Shown in pieces: positions 8,667 to 16,450 of a stretch of DNA of 64,000 nucleotides. The DNA is from SAR202 cluster bacterium (GTDB lineage: Bacteria; Chloroflexota; Dehalococcoidia; Lucifugimonadales; UBA2962), in contig JAKUTS010000001.1 in assembly GCA_022447925.1 (NCBI GenBank), positions 79,892 through 143,891 of the forward strand, read 5' to 3'. The notes below the pieces were generated by a model. That model made no database searches. It saw only the letters and a program-made list of their open reading frames with translations, and was not told the DNA's origin. Every line of letters begins with the position of its first letter. The stretch's first letter is position 1. The position numbers were made by a program, and so were the translations under genes.

Positions 8667-9677
8667 TTATTGGGCGAATGCCTTTATGGTGTTTAAATAA
8701 TCAACTTTTATATTGTCGCTAACTCCAAAAGGGGCTAGCACGGGAAGGTTGAGACCAAGTGAAGCCCTCTTTGCAAGTTGATCATAACAATCGGCCGGAC
8801 TTCCAACCATTGCCACTTCTTTTTCCATGTTTGTTGATATCGATGATATCGCTTTATCTATGTCGTTAGAATTTAAAGCTGATTCTGCAGAAAGCATTTC
8901 TTTTTCAAATCCGCATGAGATAAAGAAACTTCGATAATTAGGATGACGAGAATACTGGGCTATTTCTCTTTTGAGTTTTTTTCGGGCAGTATCAATATCT
9001 TTAGACCCCACATAAGTTCTAATGTAACCAGCTATGTCTGGGTTTGCTTTATTTTTAGCCGTATTGTTTGCAGATTTAAATATTCGAATAAAATCTTTTA
9101 ACTTGCTTACTGCAGTCCAATTTAATAAAACTCCATCAGAAATATTTCCCGAGATACGAATCATTTTTGGCCTTAGGGCAGCAAGATATATTGGCACACA
9201 AACGTCTTTAGCTGCTAGCCCAAGTCTAGCATTTTTAACCTGGAAATGTTCACCGGCTACACTGAAGGATTCTCCATTTAATAATTCTCTAATGATGTTA
9301 ACTGTTTCTTCGGTTCTCCCAACAGGATCCTGGAACGCGCCTCCATGAATATTTTCCACTACTAATTTATGCCCGATTCCTAATCCTAATGAAAAACGAT
9401 GATTGGTCATTCTATCTAAGTTTGCTGCTGTCATGGCCATCAAAGTTGGAGTTCTCGAAAAAATTGGAAGGATACCAGTTCCTAGTCGGATAGTTTTTGT
9501 AATCGATGACAGATATCCAATGAGGGAAATCGAGTCATAACCTCCGCCTTCAGGTATCCAGACTGATTCGAATCCAGCACTCTCGGCTTTAACGACGATT
9601 TCTGTAATATCATCCATTGATAATCGAGGGTCGTTTTCGATTCTCAGTCCGAGACGATTTCCGTTTAAAGTGTTCAA
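8667..9677 (-). CDS. LLM-class (luciferase-like) flavin/F420-dependent oxidoreductase
   Basis: 336 aa TIM-barrel LLM pattern (AESAGFESVWIPEGGG, RLGTGILPIFSRTP, FSLGLGIGH). Confidence 0.8.
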   Translation of the reverse strand: MNTLNGNRLGLRIENDPRLSMDDITEIVVKAESAGFESVWIPEGGGYDSISLIGYLSSITKTIRLGTGILPIFSRTPTLMAMTAANLDRMTNHRFSLGLGIGHKLVVENIHGGAFQDPVGRTEETVNIIRELLNGESFSVAGEHFQVKNARLGLAAKDVCVPIYLAALRPKMIRISGNISDGVLLNWTAVSKLKDFIRIFKSANNTAKNKANPDIAGYIRTYVGSKDIDTARKKLKREIAQYSRHPNYRSFFISCGFEKEMLSAESALNSNDIDKAISSISTNMEKEVAMVGSPADCYDQLAKRASLGLNLPVLAPFGVSDNIKVDYLNTIKAFAQ

Positions 9678-9695
9678 AGGTTGAATCCGATTTTA

Positions 9696-10223
9696 TTAAT
9701 CAATTTTTCTAGCTATTGTCATCGTATTTATTCGACACATAAATTTAATTTCTGATTGTACATTGAATCCGGCTTGATTGATCATTTGCTTTAAATCATG
9801 CTGAGTAATTCCCCATAGCTCATGTTCATGATGATCCCTTTCGATTTGATCTGGATCGGAGCCAGACCTAAGTCTATGCCATATAAAGGACACCCGTGGA
9901 GGAATCATTGTGATTATTAATATTCCATTAGTTGAGAGCAGCCGATATGCTTCTTTTAGCAGATCATCTCGGTTCGGAATATGATTTAATGCGGCAATTA
10001 CTGAGATAGTGTCAAAGCTAGAGTCTTCGAAAGGTATATTTGACGAGTCATCGATGATTAAATCTACATCTCCCCAATCATAAACATCTACTCCCGTGCC
10101 TTTACCATTATAAGATCTCACTAATTGATTATTGCCGCAGCCAATATCTAATAGTCTTCCAGTGACATAAGGAAGAACAACTTTGACACGCCAATTTCTT
10201 AATAATTTTGTTAATGAATACAA
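9696..10223 (-). CDS. class I SAM-dependent methyltransferase
   Basis: Motif I LLDIGCGNN and post-I acidic residue are present. 175 aa, Methyltransf_11-like layout. Confidence 0.75.
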   Translation of the reverse strand: MYSLTKLLRNWRVKVVLPYVTGRLLDIGCGNNQLVRSYNGKGTGVDVYDWGDVDLIIDDSSNIPFEDSSFDTISVIAALNHIPNRDDLLKEAYRLLSTNGILIITMIPPRVSFIWHRLRSGSDPDQIERDHHEHELWGITQHDLKQMINQAGFNVQSEIKFMCRINTMTIARKID

Positions 10224-10514
10224 ACTAACTTACCCTTAATATTTTTTTAACTCACTTTGACGCAATCACCTTTAATGAATGTCAAATTATCGTATTTATT
10301 AAATAGGTGGCTACAATAGGTTATCTTTACAAGACAATAGTATCTAGCTGCCCACTATAATTTTGTTTATTATTGATCGTATACTAACAAAATGCCCCAT
10401 TGTTTATAAAATAAAATCCTATTATTTTCGAGGTTTGAAAAAACAATGTTTAGAAACAGCTTGAGATGAGTTGTATTGTAATGATGTTAATAAATATCAC
10501 CACATATAGTTTCA

Positions 10515-11969
10515 ATGATTAGGCCCATTGTGTTGGCTGGAGGTTCAGGCACAAGGCTTTGGCCTTTATCTCGTGAAGAGTTCCCAAAGCAATTCCTTAA
10601 ATTGGCGACCGATCGTACTATGCTTCAAGAAACAATATTGCGACTAGATGGACTTAATAAAAACTGTAATAGCTTGCCTCCAATCGTTGTTTGCAATGAA
10701 AAACATAGGTTTTTGATAAAAGAACAACTTAAAGAAGTGGATAAATTTCCCGACGCAACAATACTTGAGCCAGTTGGAAAAAATACCGCACCCGCCTTAA
10801 CTCTAGCAGCACTTTGGGCATTAAAAGATGATCAAGAATCGATATTACTAGCATTACCGGCTGATCAACATGTTGATAAACCTGAAGTCTTTCATGATGT
10901 AGTAAAACAGGCGGAACCCCTTGCTGATCAAGGATATTTTGTAACTTTTGGCGTGCCCCCTGATTCGCCTGAGATTGGTTTCGGCTATATTAAAACTACT
11001 CCAATGCCGGTTGATTTTGACAATGGCCAGAACAATGTTATGAGAGTTGATAAATTCGTAGAAAAACCTAATTTGGTAAAGGCTAAGAAATACTTGGACT
11101 CAGGGCAATATTTATGGAACAGTGGAATGTTCATGATGAAGGCCAGTATATGGCTAGATTTAGTTAATCAATTTTGTCCTGATATTAGCAAGGCCTGCAC
11201 TGAAGCGTTTGATAAAGGATCAACCGATGGGGATTTCTTCAGACCCGACAGATTAAAGTTTAAAGAATGCCGATCCGATTCGATTGACTATGCTGTTGCT
11301 GAAAACATCGATGTGAATCATGGAGATCCGTGCCCAGTAGTTTTCGAGTATAAATCTGGGTGGTCTGATCTTGGAACATGGACTGCAATCGCTGATAAGC
11401 TTAGTGCTGACAATCAGAATAACGTTATTAAGGGAGACGTTCTTTCAGAGGATGTTTCTAACTCAATAGTTTTTTCAGAAGGACGTTTATTAGCAGCAGT
11501 AGGTCTTGATAATGTTGTTATCGTCGAAACACCTGATGCAATATTAGTAACTTCTAAAGAGAACATTAATGATGTAGGTAAATTGGTTTCAAAAATTCGT
11601 GATTCTGGTCGAACAGAACATTCTAAACATCTAAAATCTCATAGGCCATGGGGAACTTATGAGATTTTAGATGAAGGTAAGGGTTTCCAGGTGAAACATT
11701 TAAGAATTAATCCAGGTCAGTCGATATCTTTACAGCGTCATAAACATCGTGCAGAACATTGGGTTGTGGTTAAAGGACACGCAACAGTGGTAGTTGGCAA
11801 TGATTCTTATGAACTGGTCGAAAATCAATCAACATATGTTCCTAAGGGTGTAAAACATCGATTGCTTAATCCCGGCAAAGAACTTTTAGAAATTGTTGAA
11901 GTACAGTCAGGCGAACTTATCGATGAAGAAGACATTGAACGCTTTGAAGACAGTTACGGTCGCGCTTGA
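10515..11969 (+). CDS. manC: mannose-1-phosphate guanylyltransferase / mannose-6-phosphate isomerase (bifunctional type)
   Basis: N-terminal nucleotidyltransferase motif LAGGSGTRLWPLSR. C-terminal cupin RPWGTYE...QRHKHRAEHWVVVKG. 484 aa. Confidence 0.9.
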   Translation: MIRPIVLAGGSGTRLWPLSREEFPKQFLKLATDRTMLQETILRLDGLNKNCNSLPPIVVCNEKHRFLIKEQLKEVDKFPDATILEPVGKNTAPALTLAALWALKDDQESILLALPADQHVDKPEVFHDVVKQAEPLADQGYFVTFGVPPDSPEIGFGYIKTTPMPVDFDNGQNNVMRVDKFVEKPNLVKAKKYLDSGQYLWNSGMFMMKASIWLDLVNQFCPDISKACTEAFDKGSTDGDFFRPDRLKFKECRSDSIDYAVAENIDVNHGDPCPVVFEYKSGWSDLGTWTAIADKLSADNQNNVIKGDVLSEDVSNSIVFSEGRLLAAVGLDNVVIVETPDAILVTSKENINDVGKLVSKIRDSGRTEHSKHLKSHRPWGTYEILDEGKGFQVKHLRINPGQSISLQRHKHRAEHWVVVKGHATVVVGNDSYELVENQSTYVPKGVKHRLLNPGKELLEIVEVQSGELIDEEDIERFEDSYGRA

Positions 11970-12805
11970 TAGTAGATTCTCACGTACATATTTTTCCTCC
12001 TGATTTTATTCGTGACAGGAAATCGCTGTTAACTATGGACCAAACATTTAGCGAATTATATTCTGATACTCGCTCTAAATTGGTGACAGCAGAAGACCTT
12101 ATTTGCCTGATGGATGAAAACGGTATCGATGTATCTGTGGTTATGGGGATCGGTTGGACTAATTCTATTCTCGCTGAAAAATCCAATCAATATATAGCTG
12201 AATCTTGTGAGCGGTTTCCTGATCGCCTAATAGGATTTGGCTCCATTGATCTTTCTTCTGCATATGTATTCGACCAGGTTAGATATTTGACTGAGATAGG
12301 CCTGAAAGGAATTGGTGAACTACATCTAGATCATCAGCTATTCAAACAAGGCGGATATGAACTGATCACTCCGATCATCCAGGAAATAAGATCCCACGAT
12401 CTTGTTTTAGCAATACATTGCTCTGAACCAGTCGGGCATTTATACCCGGGCAAAGGCACTAATACTCCAGAAAAACTAGAAACTTTATTAAATTTATCTC
12501 AAGGAGTAAACGTTATACTTTCTCATTGGGGCGGAGGCATGCCATTTTATGGCTTAATGCCGGAAATACGGAAATTATTAGAATCCGTGTTTTTTGACAC
12601 TGCTGCCTCACCCTTTTTGTATGACCGCACAATATTTCAAATTGTAAGCGATATAGTTGGCGCAAATCATATTCTTGCAGCAAGTGACTACCCCTTGCTT
12701 CAGTTCTCACGCATAATAAGTGAAATTGAACAAAGCAGTATGTCTAACCAGGATAAGAAACTTATTTTGGGGGACAACGCAAAAACACTTTTTAATTTGG
12801 CTTGA
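11966..12805 (+). CDS. amidohydrolase-2 type metal-dependent TIM-barrel hydrolase
   Basis: N-terminal VDSHVHIF metal-binding motif, internal HCSEP and SHWGGG, late D (ASDYP). TTG start overlaps the manC stop (TTGA). Confidence 0.7.
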   Translation: MIVDSHVHIFPPDFIRDRKSLLTMDQTFSELYSDTRSKLVTAEDLICLMDENGIDVSVVMGIGWTNSILAEKSNQYIAESCERFPDRLIGFGSIDLSSAYVFDQVRYLTEIGLKGIGELHLDHQLFKQGGYELITPIIQEIRSHDLVLAIHCSEPVGHLYPGKGTNTPEKLETLLNLSQGVNVILSHWGGGMPFYGLMPEIRKLLESVFFDTAASPFLYDRTIFQIVSDIVGANHILAASDYPLLQFSRIISEIEQSSMSNQDKKLILGDNAKTLFNLA

Positions 12806-12929
12806 CACTATGTTCGTAAATATAAAATTGCCTTTGAAAAAAAGTGACAGTTCAATAATCGACATGGAGTGCTATACTTTCTGCACATAGTGTTTTATTT
12901 GTTAATCAGTAGATAAGGGGTAAACGAAG

Positions 12930-13145
12930 ATGGGTTCTGAATTTCCAATATGTAAAGCGTGTGATAATAACGGCAATCTGCTTCCGCTGTCTGATTTCGG
13001 CAGTCAAGGGGCTCCAATACACTATAAAGCTTGGGTATGTAGCGTGCCGAGTTGTGGGTACAACATAAAAATACGCAATGGTGATGTTTATATAAACGAA
13101 CCGATAAGCAGCGGAGACAGTCACGTTCCAAGAACTCGGGGTTAA
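12930..13145 (+). CDS. small putative zinc-ribbon protein (CxxC ... CxxxxC), function unknown
   Basis: 71 aa with Cys pairs CKAC and CSVPSC. AAGGGG lies about 9 nt upstream of the ATG. The competing antisense ORFs look compositionally non-protein-like. Confidence 0.45.
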   Translation: MGSEFPICKACDNNGNLLPLSDFGSQGAPIHYKAWVCSVPSCGYNIKIRNGDVYINEPISSGDSHVPRTRG

Positions 13146-13285
13146 AAACAAATTTAATTCTATAAGGAACTCGGCAATATTTAATTACTAAGTAGCTTGG
13201 AAATATGTATATTTTGCTCTTGGTGATGGAGATAAATTGTGCCAATTAATTATCTGATTAATTCAATCTTCAATGTGGTTATGGC

Positions 13286-14116
13286 TTGAATAAACGTTTA
13301 AGTTTAGGCTTGACTTTGATGGCGGTCGGGGTAGTTTTTCTATTGCTTATAGGCGGCTATTTAATTTATAACGTTAATGAGAAAGCCGGCTTAGAGCAAT
13401 TAAATGTAAGGCTTAATACCAACGCAATTACTGAAAGTATTGCAGTTACTATAGACGATCAAGATAATCGAAAGCTATCAGTAATTGATTTGCCCATCCA
13501 TTTTTCTAACATGCACTTTGGAGTTTTATTTCATCCGAAATATTGGCACGATCCTATCAAAACCGGCTCTGACTTAAGGCAAGTTACAGGTATGACAGTA
13601 GGCTTTGAATCAGTATCATCTTCAGAGGATTTCGTACTATCAGATCCAAAAGGAACCGCTATTAGAATTTTGATACCTGTCTTGAATGTTGACTCAACTG
13701 TAAACGAATTGGGAATTATTGATCTCGGAGATAGTAAAGAATATGAAACTCCTGATAATACGGTAGGTCACATTCCAGAGACTGCAGATCCAGGTGAAAT
13801 AGGTAACGGATGGTTTTTCGGTCATCTTGAGAGTCCCTTCAGCGGTGAAGGAAATGTCTTCAGTCGGCTACCCGAAATACCTGAAATGTTACGTGAGATT
13901 AATGAGATAGGTGAGGGTGGAATAGACATAATATTTGTTAGCAGTACGGGCGAATATTTATATCAAGTAACCTCATCAAAAGTATTGCATGCCGACCAAT
14001 TGAAGTTATCTGGAGCAGACGACTCACTTATCAGTCTGGTCACCTGCATTCCTAGGCTCGAATACTCTCATCGCCTAATAATCGAAGCGGTTTTAGTAGG
14101 TGTAAACACTTATTAG
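13286..14116 (+). CDS. sortase-family transpeptidase with N-terminal membrane anchor
   Basis: N-terminal TM segment (LTLMAVGVVFLLLIGGYLIY). Catalytic pattern NGWFFGHLE (His), LISLVTC (Cys of the TLxTC motif) and downstream SHRLII (Arg). TTG start. Confidence 0.7.
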   Translation: MNKRLSLGLTLMAVGVVFLLLIGGYLIYNVNEKAGLEQLNVRLNTNAITESIAVTIDDQDNRKLSVIDLPIHFSNMHFGVLFHPKYWHDPIKTGSDLRQVTGMTVGFESVSSSEDFVLSDPKGTAIRILIPVLNVDSTVNELGIIDLGDSKEYETPDNTVGHIPETADPGEIGNGWFFGHLESPFSGEGNVFSRLPEIPEMLREINEIGEGGIDIIFVSSTGEYLYQVTSSKVLHADQLKLSGADDSLISLVTCIPRLEYSHRLIIEAVLVGVNTY

Positions 14117-14117
14117 T

Positions 14118-14999
14118 TTAAGAAACCGATAAAGTATCTCTTAAAAGCTGAACGAAGGCTTTGGTTGGAGTAGACATTGTCTTTCCTCTTAGATTGACAA
14201 TTCCTGCCTGTTCTACTGGAAGCATATGTGCAAGCCCAACCACTCCAAAAGATTCATGGTCGGTCGGGTCAATTGCTAAACGTGGACCAACTGATATGCC
14301 CATTCCAAGTGCTACGTAACGTTTAATCATATCCATACTGTCTAATTCAACAATGATTTCGTAGTCTAGACCTCTTCGTCTAAATTCAGTTTCAAGCATT
14401 AATCTAGTATATGTACCTCTCCCCATCATAATTAACGGCCAAGATGCGATTTCATCTAATGACGTAATTGTTGAGTTTAATAAGGGGTGATTCAAGGGTG
14501 TTATCAGTACTCTTTCGTATGCAAACAATGGTTGAAACTCAAAATCAACACCTCTTTCGGGACCTGGAACTAGGCCTATATCAACCGTGCCTTCCTCTAC
14601 CATGTTTAAAACCTCATCTCTTCTCCCGGATAATATTCTTAGATGACCGTGAGGGTGTATCCTTAGAAAGATTTTTACAACTTGTAGCAATTTATGGGGT
14701 ATTATGTCGTGAGTTGCCGCTACTCTAACCGGACTGACTTGTTCAGCTATACCCGTTTCATCTAATAAAGAGTCTATACCATCTAAAAGTGGCTTCGATA
14801 AATCAGCTAGAGTGGTCCCAGCAGCGGTTAACTGAATTGGTCTTTTTATTCTATCGAATAGTAGAGTGCCCAGCTCCTGCTCGAGTTTTTTAATATGAGT
14901 GGTTGCTGTCGGTTGACCAATACTTAGTTCCTCTGCTGCTTTTGTGATACTTCTTAACCGGGCCGCTGCGACAAAACTTCGTAGCTCTCTCAATTCCAT
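14118..14999 (-). CDS. LysR-family transcriptional regulator
   Basis: N-terminal wHTH MELRELRSFVAAARLRSITKAAEELSIGQPTATTHIKKLEQELG, followed by a LysR substrate-binding domain. 293 aa. Confidence 0.9.
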   Translation of the reverse strand: MELRELRSFVAAARLRSITKAAEELSIGQPTATTHIKKLEQELGTLLFDRIKRPIQLTAAGTTLADLSKPLLDGIDSLLDETGIAEQVSPVRVAATHDIIPHKLLQVVKIFLRIHPHGHLRILSGRRDEVLNMVEEGTVDIGLVPGPERGVDFEFQPLFAYERVLITPLNHPLLNSTITSLDEIASWPLIMMGRGTYTRLMLETEFRRRGLDYEIIVELDSMDMIKRYVALGMGISVGPRLAIDPTDHESFGVVGLAHMLPVEQAGIVNLRGKTMSTPTKAFVQLLRDTLSVS

Positions 15000-15136
15000 A
15001 TTAAACCCACCTCCATTATCATAAAAATTAATATTGATTATATTATATTATATATATTAATGATGTTGTGTTTGTCAGATACTTAATTTAAAGGTCGTCA
15101 TATTACTGGAAAGTTAAGCAAGCAAAGGAAAAATTA

Positions 15137-15289
15137 ATGACAAAAATATTCAGAAATGTTAGAAAGCGCTCAAACCTAAAATCGGGGTTTGATTTTTATA
15201 TGAGATCTCTTAATGGTAGGCGCACAAATTGTGGCCCAACCGCTGACGAGGCCAGGAAAGATTTTAGGAGATTTCAGCACTTAATTTAG
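15137..15289 (+). CDS. hypothetical small basic protein (50 aa), N-terminal half L34-like
   Basis: ATG 15137 is preceded by AAAGGAAAAATTA. Translation is MTKIFRNVRKRSNLKSGFDFYMRSLNGRRTNCGPTADEARKDFRRFQHLI, ending at TAG 15287-15289. The ORF is below the length cutoff of the supplied track and is followed by a terminator hairpin. Confidence 0.35.
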   Translation: MTKIFRNVRKRSNLKSGFDFYMRSLNGRRTNCGPTADEARKDFRRFQHLI

Positions 15290-15313
15290 AATAACATATA
15301 TCCGATTTGGAGT

Positions 15314-15370
15314 AGCTCATATCGAGACCCAATGATATTCTTCATAAAGGGCGATATGAGCTTTTTTATT
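15314..15370 (+). terminator. rho-independent terminator-like hairpin + U tract immediately upstream of the ftsY RBS
   Basis: GCTCATATCG (15315-15324) pairs perfectly with CGATATGAGC (15352-15361). Inner CCC/GGG and ATGA/TCAT pairings extend the stem. TTTTTTATT follows, then AGGAG (15371-15375) and the ftsY GTG at 15385. Confidence 0.55.
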
Positions 15371-15384
15371 AGGAGCAATTTTGA

Positions 15385-16332
15385 GTGAACAAAGAGCATG
15401 AATGTGGCGGTACAAACAACGGGACTGAGTCACTCAGTCGAAGCTTGGGACACAGATGGTTCTCGAAGGTAAGTTCACTTTTTAAAGGCAAAACGCTTAA
15501 TGATGATATATGGGATGAATTAGAAGAAGCGTTAATACTTTCTGATGTTGGTGTGTCTATAGCCTCATGTATGCTTGATAAAGTTAAAACTGAAGCTCAG
15601 GCAACATCAATGCATCAACCGAGTGAGGTCCTTGGAATTTTAAAGTCTCAAGTAAGGTCACTTCTCGCTCATGGAGTTGATTATTCGGCATTAATTAAAT
15701 CTCTTCATCCTTCCGGTGCTAATAATCCCATTGTGATTTTGTTTGTTGGAGTTAATGGGGTAGGAAAGACGACAACTCTAGCAAAAATGGCACGGATGTA
15801 CATTGATTCGGGACATAATGTGATTATTGGAGCTGCAGACACGTTCAGAGCAGCTGCAGTGGACCAGATCAAAATTTGGGGAGAAGGGCTAAAATTAGAT
15901 GTGATTGCACATTCCCAAGGATCAGACCCCAGTGCAGTTGTTTTCGATACGATAGAGGCAGCAAAAGCACGGAAGAAAGACGTGGTTCTAATTGATACTG
16001 CAGGTCGAATGCACAATAGTATAAATCTCATGGATGAGCTGAATAAGATGTCTCGAGTGGCTGCAAAGACTGGGGTTGAAAAACCCAAAACAATTTTAGT
16101 TCTGGACGCATCTACTGGCCAAAATGGATTGCAACAGGCGAGATCTTTCCTAGGATCAACAGGATGTGACGGCATTGTATTAACAAAACTCGATGGTAGC
16201 TCAAGAGGAGGGGTTATCCTGTCAGTTTATACTGAATTTCAAATGCCTGTTATATATATAGGGACCGGGGAAAAAATACAGGATTTACAATTATTTGACC
16301 CAAATCAATTTGTTGAGGATTTATTTTCCTAG
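15385..16332 (+). CDS. ftsY: signal recognition particle receptor FtsY
   Basis: SRP-GTPase NG domain with GVNGVGKTTT (G1), DTAGR (G3) and TKLDG (G4). 315 aa, GTG start. Confidence 0.95.
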   Translation: MNKEHECGGTNNGTESLSRSLGHRWFSKVSSLFKGKTLNDDIWDELEEALILSDVGVSIASCMLDKVKTEAQATSMHQPSEVLGILKSQVRSLLAHGVDYSALIKSLHPSGANNPIVILFVGVNGVGKTTTLAKMARMYIDSGHNVIIGAADTFRAAAVDQIKIWGEGLKLDVIAHSQGSDPSAVVFDTIEAAKARKKDVVLIDTAGRMHNSINLMDELNKMSRVAAKTGVEKPKTILVLDASTGQNGLQQARSFLGSTGCDGIVLTKLDGSSRGGVILSVYTEFQMPVIYIGTGEKIQDLQLFDPNQFVEDLFS

Positions 16333-16450
16333 CCTTCATGAAATAACCTCTCTGATTTATAGATTTACGTACCATTCATAAATTAAATCGGATATTCAAT
16401 GTAAACTAAAGGCACATTTTTACTTATTGTTTTAATGCCGGAGGAAATAT

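Noticed and set aside
10224-10514. 291-nt gap upstream of manC was examined for a riboswitch, a small gene or a TGA-interrupted ORF. An 18-codon uORF MSCIVMMLINITTYSFND overlaps the manC start.
   Set aside because: No conserved riboswitch motif was recognised and no RBS was found for the uORF. All frames are broken by multiple stops. It is treated as a divergent promoter region.
12804-12892. 9-nt inverted repeat ACACTATGT ... ACATAGTGT flanking 71 nt downstream of the amidohydrolase gene. It was considered as a structured RNA or a miniature element.
   Set aside because: The arms are short and the intervening sequence shows no further pairing, no coding potential and no target-site duplication. 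Chance occurrence is plausible.
15029-15066. AT-only repetitive stretch ATTAATATTGATTATATTATATTATATATATTAAT upstream of the LysR gene. It was considered as a repeat element or a LysR T-N11-A operator.
   Set aside because: It is a low-complexity AT tract. The 8-nt inverted ends (ATTAATAT/ATATTAAT) are expected by chance in such sequence. It has no repeat-spacer periodicity. It is possibly promoter/operator DNA, but that cannot be supported from sequence alone.
15705-16175. 156-aa minus-strand ORF, and similar long antisense ORFs (for example 9034-9348, 12895-13245, 31130-31468, 32452-32787, 41318-41566, 43064-43384, 54041-54292).
   Set aside because: Each lies entirely antisense to, or overlaps, a gene with strong family motifs (ftsY, LLM, mutS, DUF1445, queG, dinG, lipA). 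Their translations are Ser/Pro/Cys-rich or low-complexity, lack an RBS, and show no recognisable motifs. They are typical shadow ORFs.
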